DNA of 64,000 nucleotides from Nitrososphaerota archaeon (GTDB lineage Archaea > Thermoproteota > Nitrososphaeria_A > Caldarchaeales > Calditenuaceae). Every line of letters begins with the position of its first letter. The first letter of the stretch is position 1. Shown piece by piece: positions 50,322 through 59,706 of the stretch. Where the stretch lies: positions 832,001-896,000 of the forward strand of contig JBEPYO010000001.1 of the NCBI GenBank assembly GCA_041641295.1, in the 5' to 3' direction. The notes beneath the pieces were generated by a model. The model saw nothing but the letters and a program-made list of their open reading frames with translations, did no database searches and was not told where the DNA came from. A program made the position numbers and the translations under genes.

Positions 50322-51674
50322 CTAACTGCCGCGCCTCTCCTCCTCTACAATCCTGTAGAGGAATTCTGCTATGAGTGGTGCTAGGCCCAAGTATTCCTCT
50401 GCGCTCTTCGGTAAAATCTCGGAGGGCCTGAGTCCCTGCCTCTCCAATAGGGCCTTAACCCGCTCCAAGTAGTCGGCGCCGCCCACCCCGAGGGCCCTAA
50501 GCTCGTCAAGCAGGTCTACACCCCTCAGCCTAGCCCTTATCTGGATGGCCTCGGCGAGGATCTCAGGGTGCCTCTCCAAGTCCCTCCTAGCCTCATCCCT
50601 GTCAACCTCCATTCGCTCGAGGAAGGCTGAGAGGTTCTTGGCTCCGATTAGGAGGTGGGCTAGGGCTACCCCGTAGTTTCTCTTGATTGTCGAGTCGGAG
50701 AGGTCCCGCTGGAGTCTTGAGACTAGGAGTCTGGAGGCGAGGAATGAGAGCATGTTCGAGGCAATCTCTAGGTTTCCCTCAGCGTTCTCGAGTTCGACTG
50801 GGTTGCTCTTCTGCGGCATGGTGGATGAGCCTACGCCGCGCGGCCTCGGGTAGACTATGCCGAGCATTGTCAGGAGCCAGAGGTCTCTGCAGAGGTCGAC
50901 GAGGACCATTGAGGCGACTGAGAGCTCGTAGAGGAGGCGTGAGACGTCGTCGTGTGGAATTACCTGCTTCGTCGCGAGCCAGTGGACGAGGCCCAGCGAC
51001 TCGACCAGCCTCCTCGAGGCCTCCAGCGCGTCGCTTCCGAAGACCTCTACGAGGCCCGCATAAGTGCCCACGGCTCCTGAGACCTTCCCCGGCAGCCGCA
51101 TCTCACTAACCCTCCTGAGACATGTTAAGAGCCTATAGGCGTGGACTGCCAACTCCTTTCCCAGAGTTGTCGGGACTGCTGGGCGTCCATGGGTCCGCGC
51201 AACAATCGCGGTGAACCTCTCCCTATACGCGGTCTCTACTATGCTTCGCAGAAGCCTCTCTAGGGCTGGGATGATTGCTGCTGAGATTGCGTCTCTCAGC
51301 GCCAGTGAGTGGGCCAGATTATTCACGTCCTCAGAGGTGAGGCCGATGTGTACTAGGTGGCCGACCTCCCTGAGGCCCTCCCGCTCAAGCCTCTCCCTCA
51401 GAAACCGGACCACAGCCTCCACGTCATGCCTCGTCTCAGCCTCAATCGCCTTCACAGCCTCGACGCCGCCCTCATCGAACCGGGAGACTATCTCGTCGAG
51501 CTTGGCTGAGAGCCTCCCTAGCAGGTGGGGTGCAACGCGTTCCGCGACCAGCTTCAGATACTCTGACTCGACCCTGAGCCTATACTTCATCAGGGCCTCC
51601 TCAGAGAAGTATGACTGGAGCTCGGAGACCAGCGCCCTATAGCGCCCGTCGACAGGCGATATCGCCCCTCTCAC
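50322..51674 (-). CDS. purB: Adenylosuccinate lyase
   Basis: SPVDGRY, TSED, RTHG and GSSTMP.K.NP motifs. Confidence 0.93.
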   Translation of the reverse strand: MRGAISPVDGRYRALVSELQSYFSEEALMKYRLRVESEYLKLVAERVAPHLLGRLSAKLDEIVSRFDEGGVEAVKAIEAETRHDVEAVVRFLRERLEREGLREVGHLVHIGLTSEDVNNLAHSLALRDAISAAIIPALERLLRSIVETAYRERFTAIVARTHGRPAVPTTLGKELAVHAYRLLTCLRRVSEMRLPGKVSGAVGTYAGLVEVFGSDALEASRRLVESLGLVHWLATKQVIPHDDVSRLLYELSVASMVLVDLCRDLWLLTMLGIVYPRPRGVGSSTMPQKSNPVELENAEGNLEIASNMLSFLASRLLVSRLQRDLSDSTIKRNYGVALAHLLIGAKNLSAFLERMEVDRDEARRDLERHPEILAEAIQIRARLRGVDLLDELRALGVGGADYLERVKALLERQGLRPSEILPKSAEEYLGLAPLIAEFLYRIVEEERRGS

Positions 51675-51758
51675 ACAGTCTAGCTGCAGGATGGAGGCTT
51701 AATCCCTTTCCACCTCTCCTCGGGAAGAGTAGATTAAGCCGGCTTAACCACTAATCCC

Positions 51759-52331
51759 GTGCTAACCCCCCTCGAGAAGGCCCTCCTGGAGGGTGAGCTG
51801 GGAGGACAGTCGAGGTGGAGGGCTGGGTATCTCGTAGCAGAGGATTCTGGGGAGGATGGCTCGATAATGCTCACCCTCTCTGAGGATGTTGGGGAGGGCT
51901 TTGCGGGGGTTCACAGGGTCAGGTGTTATCTCGGCAGGTTCCCCCTCAGGGCCGGCACAGTGGGTGGAGCCGTAGTCAGGCAGCACAGGGGCCCAGACAC
52001 CCTCAGCCTGATACTGTTCGAGGTCAACAGGGCCCTAGTTGATGGGGGCGCACTAGTCCTCTCGGCAGAGGTCGACAACCCTGAGCGGCTGCTTGTTAAG
52101 CACGGGTTTGCCCTCATCTCGGAGCACAGACCGGGTGGCGGCGGCTTCTCGGTAACCTTCTCGAGGAAGGCATGGAGAAAATATCTAGGCGACGCATGCC
52201 CGAGATGTGGCAGCACCCACATACTCCCACTAATCCCGCCCGACGCAAACGTCAGGAAGATCTGGACACTATACTGCTCCTCCTGCTCCTATAACTGGAG
52301 CGTCGAGGAGCCGATAACCGAGTGGATTTAG
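51759..52331 (+). CDS. Hypothetical protein, degenerate methyltransferase-like, with C-terminal Zn ribbon
   Basis: EVNRALVDGG.L and CPRC...CSSC. Confidence 0.55.
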   Translation: MLTPLEKALLEGELGGQSRWRAGYLVAEDSGEDGSIMLTLSEDVGEGFAGVHRVRCYLGRFPLRAGTVGGAVVRQHRGPDTLSLILFEVNRALVDGGALVLSAEVDNPERLLVKHGFALISEHRPGGGGFSVTFSRKAWRKYLGDACPRCGSTHILPLIPPDANVRKIWTLYCSSCSYNWSVEEPITEWI

Positions 52332-52911
52332 CCGGAAGATATAGAAGGCCTTCCGACTGGTCTCCGAGGGCTATGCATCTGCCTCTGTGGTGGAGTAGGG
52401 CGACGTAGGCGCAGGTCGCTGCGTCAACCATGTCTAGGCTCAGGGAGTGGGGCAGCTTGAGTCCAAGCCTCCTCAGCCCAGATGTGATGGACACCGCTCT
52501 CCTCTGGCCGCGCCTCCAGATGCCGAGAACCCTCTGAGCACCGCTCGGAAAAGTCTCAATCACCTCGAATCCCATCTCTCTGAGGAGCGCTGCAAGCCTC
52601 ACACCCCTCTCCGCCAAAAGCCTCATAGACGGGAGGGAGACCGGGAAGATCCCAATACCCAGCCTCCTAACCTCCCTGTCGCAGAGCCTGTAGCCGCGGC
52701 CCCAAGCCCCTGAAGGATAGGATAGTGGTGCATCGATAGCCACGCAGGCAGGCGCGCTGGCCCGGGCCAATCCAGCTATCTCCTCGTCAAGCCAAGCCTC
52801 GTAAAAAACCGCCACTAGGCGCGCCGATAAAATGCAGATGGAGGAGGCCCTGCGCGGTGATGCGGTCAGGTCTATGCCCATGAACCGTCTAGGCGTCAAA
52901 ACCCGCCACAC
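52252..52911 (-). CDS. DUF429 family (RNase H-like) protein
   Basis: GIDL, AIDAPLS, R.CD, IETFP and DA..CA motifs. Confidence 0.85.
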   Translation of the reverse strand: MWRVLTPRRFMGIDLTASPRRASSICILSARLVAVFYEAWLDEEIAGLARASAPACVAIDAPLSYPSGAWGRGYRLCDREVRRLGIGIFPVSLPSMRLLAERGVRLAALLREMGFEVIETFPSGAQRVLGIWRRGQRRAVSITSGLRRLGLKLPHSLSLDMVDAATCAYVALLHHRGRCIALGDQSEGLLYLPAKSTRLSAPRRSSYRSRRSSIVSRSS

Positions 52912-52973
52912 TAGCTTGTCTGGGAAGTTAAACCCTCTCCACGGCCTCTAGCGGCGCGGAGGCATGACTAGTG

Positions 52974-53762
52974 CTACAGCTTCCTCAGCACTCTCTCGAG
53001 CCACTCGGCCGTAGCGGATATGGCCTTCCACTCCACCTCAGGGCCCGTAAACGTGTGGTCCCCATCCTCAACCACAAACTTCTCCCGAGGCTCACCGGCC
53101 CTATTGTATAGCATGTCCGCGTGGCTCGGAGGGACGACGCTGTCCCTACCACCATGGACTATGAGCAGAGGCCTTGGAGAGATCTTGGAGACTGCCTCTG
53201 ATATGCTGTAGGACAGGAGGTCTCGGATGAACCTCATGCTCATCCTATACCCCGATGGCAGGTCTATGTATTCGCCGGAGGCCGCACCACCCTTTAAGAG
53301 GGTCTTCGCGTACTCTGCCAGTGCTAGGAAGTCTGCGGGAGCGCTCCACGTGCAGACAAACCTAATCCTAGGGTCGCGTGAGGCCCTGACTAGGGAGACC
53401 GCGCCACCCATACTCAAGCCCAGCACCCCAATCCTCCCAGCGTCAACGTCAGGCCTCCCTGAGACATAGTCCAGCACACTGCCTAGGTCCTCAACCTCGC
53501 TTGTAAAAGTCGCCTCACTAAACTCTCCCTCACTCTCGCCCGAGCCATAGAAGTCGAACCGCACCACGAGAAGACCCCTCCTACAGAACTCCCGGGCAGC
53601 CCTCACAAATAGGCGGTGAGCCTCAATCCTATTCCCAGTAAATCCATGGCACATAATGAGGCTGGGGGCTGGGGAATGGTTGGGAACGTGGAACATGCAG
53701 GCGAGCCTACCCCGAGGCCCCCCCACCCAAACAAACTCCTCCCGCACAACCCAGAGCTGCAC
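52974..53762 (-). CDS. Alpha/beta hydrolase
   Basis: HGFTG, GLSMGG, HG..D and DH triad motifs. Confidence 0.9.
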   Translation of the reverse strand: MQLWVVREEFVWVGGPRGRLACMFHVPNHSPAPSLIMCHGFTGNRIEAHRLFVRAAREFCRRGLLVVRFDFYGSGESEGEFSEATFTSEVEDLGSVLDYVSGRPDVDAGRIGVLGLSMGGAVSLVRASRDPRIRFVCTWSAPADFLALAEYAKTLLKGGAASGEYIDLPSGYRMSMRFIRDLLSYSISEAVSKISPRPLLIVHGGRDSVVPPSHADMLYNRAGEPREKFVVEDGDHTFTGPEVEWKAISATAEWLERVLRKL

Positions 53763-53839
53763 ACCTCAATACAAATAGGTTATATACGCTAGGACAGAGA
53801 TGCCCATCCACCTGACCACCCAGCTGTACCGACGGAGAG

Positions 53840-53871
53840 TGGGGCCGGCCGGATTTGAACCGGCGACCTCC
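53840..53871 (-). repeat. Isolated tRNA 3' half (att-like direct repeat of 55985-56016)
   Basis: GGAGGTCGCCGGTTCAAATCCGGCCGGCCCCA; 28/32 identical to the tRNA-Pro 3' end, all 4 changes compensatory in the T-stem; no adjacent 5' half. Confidence 0.85.
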
Positions 53872-54020
53872 ACATCTTTGAGTTCTCCATTAAAATATCC
53901 ATATTCAGTGTCTTTAGCCTTCTGTTGTAGCCTCTATTAATGCTTCGGAGAACTCGCTTCGTTATATCGGGTCTTAACCGATGGTCTTTAATAGGCTCAG
54001 ACTATGATTACTACATAGGC
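53872..54020 (-). pseudogene. Degenerate remnant paralogous to the clamp-like gene at 9822-10178
   Basis: EALIEATTE/AKDTEYGYFNGEL versus EISARAITEVEGVEYGYFNGVL; CCATTAAA.TATCC.TATTCA shared at DNA level. Confidence 0.7.
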
Positions 54021-54094
54021 TGAGCTATTGTGTTGTGGTATTTTCGCTCTGGTGCCTATTCCTTTATATCTATGGGTTTGTTTGTTGGTCTTAG

Positions 54095-54870
54095 ATAGGC
54101 TCATCGGGAGCCCCGCAGCCTGATGGATCGATGAGTCGGGTGGGCCGACGAGACACCATCTCCAGAGGCGGTGGAGGTGGTGTGGAGTGTGCGTCAGGCT
54201 GTAGTAGTAGAGGCGCCCGCTGGTGACGTGTGATGTTAGTTCCACGTCTACAGAAGGCGCTGGGCTCCGCCGCTAGGCTGAGGCCGCGCGCCCAATAGAA
54301 AGACGCGGCTATAGGCCTAGACAGAAAGATTAGACGACCATAACCACATACTCTTCCCCCAATTCTCACCCTAGCATGGGTGACCACCCCACCGTCTTTT
54401 TTGGACGGGGTGGCGGGGGGAGGGGTTGGCTGGGCTAGGGGCCTTGGGGCGGTTCGCTTGGACCGACCACGCGCCAGGGCGGCTCGCTTGGGCTGACGGA
54501 CGCGTGGAGAGGGACGAGGAATACCGACGACTCCTAAGGGATTGCTGGATGGTTTCAGATGTTACGGTTGATTCTAAAGGAAGATGGTCTAGGAATTAGG
54601 CCCCGATAGGAGGTCCCCTATCTCCGCCGGAGGGGTGTGCTCTCCGGCGGGAGGGGGTGTTATTCCTCCTGTCGGGGAGTCCCGTCTTTCTGGCGGCCTG
54701 GGCCTCCCGGGAAGGCCATGTCTCAGGACATGGCTTTTAGGGTTCCCCAGCACCTTGGGGGTGGGTTGGTGGCTGGGGATAATAGGGAGCAATATGCTCC
54801 CTCCACAAACCCCACGGCCCCTCCTGGTCCCGGGAGGAAGGCCGCCATGGATGGGACGGGGGAGGATAGG
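54095..54870 (+). ncRNA. Putative large structured RNA upstream of the LAGLIDADG gene
   Basis: More than 15 nested stems with G-U pairs favouring the + strand; TTTATAT at 54063-54069; no credible ORF. Confidence 0.6.
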
Positions 54871-55935
54871 ATGGAGAAGACTAGGCGAAGACTAACACCG
54901 GAGAAGAGGGCTAGACTCTTAGATGCGTTGAGGAGGGGTGTGGAGAAGGGGTACGGCTACGTTGATGTTTGGAGGGAGCTGAAGAAAAGCGGGATAGATG
55001 TTTCTAGGAAAGCCGTTGAGTACTGGTATTACAAGTGTTTTCCAGAGAGGGTTAGAAGAAGGGGAGAATACCTCCCAAGAGAACTGAGAATAAGATTGTA
55101 TGAAGAAGTCAGAGAGCTGAGAAGAAAAGGCCTAGGATACCGGAGAATAAGGAAGAATATCAAAGAACTTTACGGAGTTACGCTGAACAATGCTGTAATT
55201 AGTCATTGGTGTCGTGGAATTCACACACCATACAACGGTGCAAGGATACCCACAATAGACCATCTAGAACCATCCCCAGAGCTCGCCTATGTTATAGGTG
55301 TGGTTGCCGGTGATGGGTGGGTGGTAAAAATAAGCACAAGGAGTGGAGGATATAGGATTGGTGTCAAGGCGAAGGACAGAGAGTTCATTGAGGAGTTCGC
55401 GAGATGCTTGGGGAAAGTCCTCGGAAGAGAGCCGCCGAAGCCAATAACTGTAGAGGGTGGGAAGCTTGAAGTACGCGTCCAATCGAAGACACTATATCAG
55501 CTTTTACAGAAACCCTTTGACATTGGGATGATAAGACCACTCGCAGAATACTCCGAAGACTGTATACGAAGTTTTCTGAGAGGATTCTTCGATAGTGAGG
55601 GTTCTGTGGATAAAAATAAGGGAGAGATTTGTTGCTATAATACTGATATCAGGCTTCTCGAATACGTCCAGAAACTACTAAGGGCTCTAGGCATTGAGAC
55701 AACGGGGCCGAGAATCAAAGCGAGAAAGGGGTCAATCTATAAAATATGCTATAAAATATGGGAGAGAACAACTGTGAAGAGAAAGGACGTATATTGCATT
55801 GAAGTCAGGGCAAAGGATAGACTAAAATTCTATAGACTGGTAGGGTTCACTATAAAGCGAAAGCAACAAAACCTAGAAGAACACCTTAAGAAACGCGGAC
55901 TTCTGGTGACAAGCCACCAACCAACCCTCCCCTAA
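54871..55935 (+). CDS. Free-standing two-motif LAGLIDADG endonuclease with two N-terminal HTH-like repeats
   Basis: LAYVIGVVAGDG and FLRGFFDSEG; GGAGG before ATG at 54871; no intein splicing blocks. Confidence 0.9.
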   Translation: MEKTRRRLTPEKRARLLDALRRGVEKGYGYVDVWRELKKSGIDVSRKAVEYWYYKCFPERVRRRGEYLPRELRIRLYEEVRELRRKGLGYRRIRKNIKELYGVTLNNAVISHWCRGIHTPYNGARIPTIDHLEPSPELAYVIGVVAGDGWVVKISTRSGGYRIGVKAKDREFIEEFARCLGKVLGREPPKPITVEGGKLEVRVQSKTLYQLLQKPFDIGMIRPLAEYSEDCIRSFLRGFFDSEGSVDKNKGEICCYNTDIRLLEYVQKLLRALGIETTGPRIKARKGSIYKICYKIWERTTVKRKDVYCIEVRAKDRLKFYRLVGFTIKRKQQNLEEHLKKRGLLVTSHQPTLP

Positions 55936-55984
55936 TCCCTTCCCCCCACTTAATGCCCTCAGACTCATTTGCTCATTTGAAAAA

Positions 55985-56093
55985 TGGGGCCGGTGGGATT
56001 TGAACCCACGACCTCCTTCCCCAACTTGGGGGTGAAGCCCCAAGTTGACCGGGCCCGAGCCGGGCATCTTAGACCATGCTCGACCACGGCCCC
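55985..56093 (-). tRNA. tRNA-Pro(CGG) with a 33-nt non-canonical intron at about 42/43 (56016-56048)
   Basis: GGGGCCG/CGGCCCC acceptor; CCCGG-CTCGGGC-CCGG|G anticodon arm; TTCAAAT T-loop; intron hairpin CAACTTGGGG/CCCCAAGTTG. Confidence 0.9.
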
Positions 56094-56150
56094 CCTACCG
56101 CTCCAAGCAGCCGCGCAAAAAATAAACGTAATCCGGTCTGGGAGGGGATG

Positions 56151-56381
56151 TTAGACGACTATAGCGGTTTCGGTCCTCTCAACGCCGTCGATCGTGTGTA
56201 TCTGGGATAGGACCGTGTCTGTCAGCTTCTTCAAGTCCTCAGCCTCTACTAGGACCAGTACGTCGTATCTGCCGGTTATCATGCACGCGAGTTTACAGCC
56301 CGAGATCTTTCCAACCTGCTCGACAACATTCTTCGCCTTACCCGCCCTAGCCCTAATGAAGACGTATGCTTGGACCGCCAC
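56151..56381 (-). CDS. Lrp/AsnC ligand-binding domain protein
   Basis: ITGRYDVL...I..IDGV.RTET. Confidence 0.88.
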   Translation of the reverse strand: MAVQAYVFIRARAGKAKNVVEQVGKISGCKLACMITGRYDVLVLVEAEDLKKLTDTVLSQIHTIDGVERTETAIVV

Positions 56382-56431
56382 GAAGTATCCACTGCCCTAA
56401 ACGCTTATATCCTTTCCTCCCCCACAAACCC

Positions 56432-56900
56432 TTCACAGGACCACGCAGAATCTGTGAACTGTGGAGGGCTTCTCTGTGAAACTGTGAAGTGTGAAATAGG
56501 ACTCTGAGAATCTCTGAAACAGACCCATAGATGGTTCATGTATTACCATTGTATGAATGATTGCAGTTTCTGCGTATCTCTCAGGGATGCCTGATTGTTG
56601 CAGAAAATGAGCATTTCTGAGCCATTACAGTCGTGTCATAGGGCCCTTAACGATCCATAACTTTACCCGGTGAATATGGGTGGTGAAGGGTGGACGCCAA
56701 CACTCCACACGCTCCACTGGAAAAGGAGGGGTTCAACAGACCTAACCCCCATTCACAGTGAAAAGCCGCGAAAAACAGCTCTTCGAACAGGATAGGCAGA
56801 TTTCGGACCTGAGGCCAAAGGCCTACGACCGGCACCTCAAAGAGGTGGAATAGCCAAACTCGCTTTAACACGCCCACCCCACCAGTTCTAATGGAAATTA
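56432..56900. promoter_or_regulatory. Probable replication origin (oriC) with ORB elements
   Basis: ORB CTCCACTGGAAAAGGAGGGGT (56712-56732); inverted ORB TTCCATTAGAACTGGTGGGGT (56876-56896); directly upstream of cdc6. Confidence 0.75.
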
Positions 56901-57014
56901 ACTAAAATCAACACAAACGGAGGAGGGAAAAAGAAATTAGATAAATAATTCCTCTTATCCTAGAAATTTCTCTCATGGCTACCGATAACACTGCTGGCTA
57001 GCCCTTCAATTGTT

Positions 57015-58286
57015 GTGGACGACTTTCAGTTGAAAGAGAGGGGTGACCCCCTCAGCGACCTGCTGGCGCGGGTCTCAGCCTCGTCGCGGATATTCAAGGA
57101 TAGGGAGGTCTTGCGGGCCGACTATATTCCTGGCAACCTGCCGCATAGGTGGGAGCATATCAAGAGGCTGGGTGAGATCGTCTCAACAGGTCTCAAGATG
57201 CATAGGCCGAGCAACGTCTTCATATACGGCAAGACTGGGACAGGTAAGACAGCTGTCGTCAAGCACGTCTTCAAGAGGTTCTCCGCGGAGGCTGAGAGGC
57301 TCGGCATTCCACTCCGCTTCGTCTACATCAACTGCAGGATTGCGGGGACTGAGTACAGAGTCTTGGCCGAACTCTGCGAATCCCTCGGCGTACAAGTACC
57401 ATTCACGGGCCTCTCAAAGAGCGAGGTCTTCAACAGGTTCAGGAGAGCCCACACCTCATCACAGAACCTCCTGATAGTATGTCTGGACGAGATTGACGTC
57501 TTGGTTAAGGGGTTTGGGGACGCCCTGCTATACGAGCTGACTAGGATAAATGAGGGGATTGAGGGGAGCAAGCTCTCCCTCATCGGAGTGTCGAACGACC
57601 TCATGTTTAAGGAGATGCTGGACCCGAGGGTTTTGAGCAGTCTGAGTGAGGAGGAGATCGTCTTCCACCCCTACACCGCTGTAGAGCTCGTCGATATTCT
57701 GAGCGAGAGAGCTAGACTTGCCTTTCACGAAGGAGCCGTCCCCCAGTCGACCATAAACCTCTGCGCAGCCCTTGCAGCTGCTGAGCACGGTGACGCTAGG
57801 AGGGCGCTCGACCTCTTGAGGGTGGCTGGTGAGATTGCTGAGAGGAATATGGCTGAGAGGGTTGAGGAGCAGCATGTGCGCATGGCGCTTGGCGTGATTG
57901 AGCAGGGCCGCGTCTTCGAGGCCTTGACGACTCTCCCTCTCCACGGCAGGATCGTCCTCCTCGCAGTCTATCACGCGACTCTCCGCTCACCAAGCAAAAT
58001 AACCTCAGGCCTGGTCTACCAGCACTACCGCTCGCTCTGTAGCCAGCTGGGCCTCGAGCCTCTCACGGACAGGAGGATCAGCACCCTAATCTCGGAGCTA
58101 GACATGCTCGGGGTCCTCTCGAGCAACGTCATAAGCTATGGGAGGTATGGGAGGACTAGGAAGATTTCCTTGAAGATTCCGGTGGACGAGGTTAGGCAGG
58201 CGCTGGAGCGAGACGAGTTCCTATCCCACCTCTTGGACCAGGAAGTGGCTCAGGCGGGTAGCGTGGAGAGTGAGCGAGGTAGCTAG
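57015..58286 (+). CDS. cdc6: Orc1/Cdc6 replication initiator
   Basis: YGKTGTGKT, LDEID, HGDARRALDLLR and wHTH GRYGRT motifs. Confidence 0.96.
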   Translation: MDDFQLKERGDPLSDLLARVSASSRIFKDREVLRADYIPGNLPHRWEHIKRLGEIVSTGLKMHRPSNVFIYGKTGTGKTAVVKHVFKRFSAEAERLGIPLRFVYINCRIAGTEYRVLAELCESLGVQVPFTGLSKSEVFNRFRRAHTSSQNLLIVCLDEIDVLVKGFGDALLYELTRINEGIEGSKLSLIGVSNDLMFKEMLDPRVLSSLSEEEIVFHPYTAVELVDILSERARLAFHEGAVPQSTINLCAALAAAEHGDARRALDLLRVAGEIAERNMAERVEEQHVRMALGVIEQGRVFEALTTLPLHGRIVLLAVYHATLRSPSKITSGLVYQHYRSLCSQLGLEPLTDRRISTLISELDMLGVLSSNVISYGRYGRTRKISLKIPVDEVRQALERDEFLSHLLDQEVAQAGSVESERGS

Positions 58287-59706
58287 GAGGCTTGCGGTCA
58301 AGGCGATTGAGCGGGGCTACCAGCTCTCAGCCGAGGCCCTGGAAAGACTGCTCAAGGATGAGAATCCTCTAGGCCTCCTCGACGAGCTTCTCGCTTGGCT
58401 TGAGGGTAGGCGCACCAGCCAAGTAATAATAGACAGGCCCACGCTCGAGTTATTTCTGGCGGGCAGGGTTGCTCGGGCCGGGGCCCCAGAGGAGGAGCAG
58501 CCCCTAGAGATTGTCCTCGAGTCCCCCACCTATGAGGACTTGGCGATAGAGGGTGTGGCTGAGGAGCAGCGAATCTACCTGCTCTCTAGGTTCCAGTCCA
58601 TTCGACGGGTCTTCGAAGAGCGGGGCCTAAGCCTCAGGCCCGCCAAGGAGCTGATGAGAGAAGGGGGCGAAGGCTATGTCGTGGGAATGGTCTTGAGCAT
58701 CGTGCGCCGAGACACACACTTTCTAGTCGAGATGGAGGACCCCGTCGATACTTGGAGCCTGATAGCCCCCACACGAGACAGGGCCCTGGCGGCGAAGATG
58801 GAGTACATTCTGCCGGACATGGTCGTCGTCTTCCGTGCGAGGTCTAGGAGGGGTCCATTGGTGGCCAGCGACGTCTATCTACCCGACACAGCGGGGAAGA
58901 AGCAGGCTTGGAGAGGCCCCGACAAGAACATCTGTATAATCTCGGACCTTCACATAGGCAGTGAGAGACACGCGGCAGAGAGGCTCAAAAGCTTCCTCGA
59001 CTGGATCTGCGGCCCCGAGAACGAGGCCGAGAAGACAACACTCCTCATAATCAATGGAGACTTGGTCGACGGGGTGTATGTGTATCCTGGGCAGGAGTCC
59101 GAACTCAGCCTGAAGTCGTATGCCGAGCAGTTCGCTGCAGCGGCCAGAACCCTCTCAAGAATCCCGGAGCACGTCAAGATCATCTACGTGCCGGGAAACC
59201 ATGAGCCTTGCAGGAGGGCCCTCCCCCAGCCTCCTGTCCAAGCAAGGTATCGACAGCTGCTCGGGGGTGGTGGTAGGATAGTCTATGCAGGCAATCCCGC
59301 GTGGATTAGGGTCGGAGGCCTAAAGATACTCGCGTTCCATGGCCAGACTCTCGACGACGTGATACAGGCCGGGACACTCTTCAGCTACTCGACACTCCGT
59401 GAAAGGTCTAGCGAGATGATGGAGCTACTCCTCAAGGCCAGACACCTGGCACCCACACTGGGCCTCTCAACACCCATACTCCCCACGAGGACCGACTATC
59501 TCGCAATACCCGAGCAGCCCGACATCCTCTGCCTAGGACACACCCACGTAGCGGCCTACACAACCTACAAGGGAACACAGCTGGTAAACAGCGGCTCATG
59601 GCAGGAGCAGACAAAGCTCCAAGAGAGCATAGGCCTTGAACCAACTGTCGGAACAGTGGTCCTGCTAAACCTCAAATCACTGTCAATACGCTTCCTATCC
59701 TTCTAG
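58270..59706 (+). CDS. polB: DNA polymerase D small subunit DP1
   Basis: SDLHIGS, GDLVDG..VYPGQ, PGNH, RHLAPT.G, GH.H and NSGSWQ.QT motifs. Confidence 0.92.
   Translation: MSEVARRLAVKAIERGYQLSAEALERLLKDENPLGLLDELLAWLEGRRTSQVIIDRPTLELFLAGRVARAGAPEEEQPLEIVLESPTYEDLAIEGVAEEQRIYLLSRFQSIRRVFEERGLSLRPAKELMREGGEGYVVGMVLSIVRRDTHFLVEMEDPVDTWSLIAPTRDRALAAKMEYILPDMVVVFRARSRRGPLVASDVYLPDTAGKKQAWRGPDKNICIISDLHIGSERHAAERLKSFLDWICGPENEAEKTTLLIINGDLVDGVYVYPGQESELSLKSYAEQFAAAARTLSRIPEHVKIIYVPGNHEPCRRALPQPPVQARYRQLLGGGGRIVYAGNPAWIRVGGLKILAFHGQTLDDVIQAGTLFSYSTLRERSSEMMELLLKARHLAPTLGLSTPILPTRTDYLAIPEQPDILCLGHTHVAAYTTYKGTQLVNSGSWQEQTKLQESIGLEPTVGTVVLLNLKSLSIRFLSF

Noticed and set aside
54128-54184. Hammerhead-like segment TCGATGAG-stem-CGAGAC-stem
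   Set aside because: Core deviates from CUGAUGA/GAAA, the cleavage-site base would be G, and stem I does not form
54205-54268. RNase P-like ACAGAAGGCGCT and GGCGCC
   Set aside because: No GAGGAAAGUCC-type conserved region I, and too little sequence between the putative P4 strands
54775-54821. GGGGCCGTGGGGT on the - strand as the missing 5' half for the orphan tRNA fragment
   Set aside because: No convincing D-loop or anticodon arm follows, and wobble pairs indicate the + strand is the structured one
54637-54870. 78-aa N-terminal extension of the LAGLIDADG ORF
   Set aside because: Low-complexity translation of hairpin-rich DNA; a good RBS precedes ATG 54871
54189-55984. Group II intron (GTGCG start plus ORF)
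   Set aside because: No domain V/VI after the ORF and no reverse transcriptase
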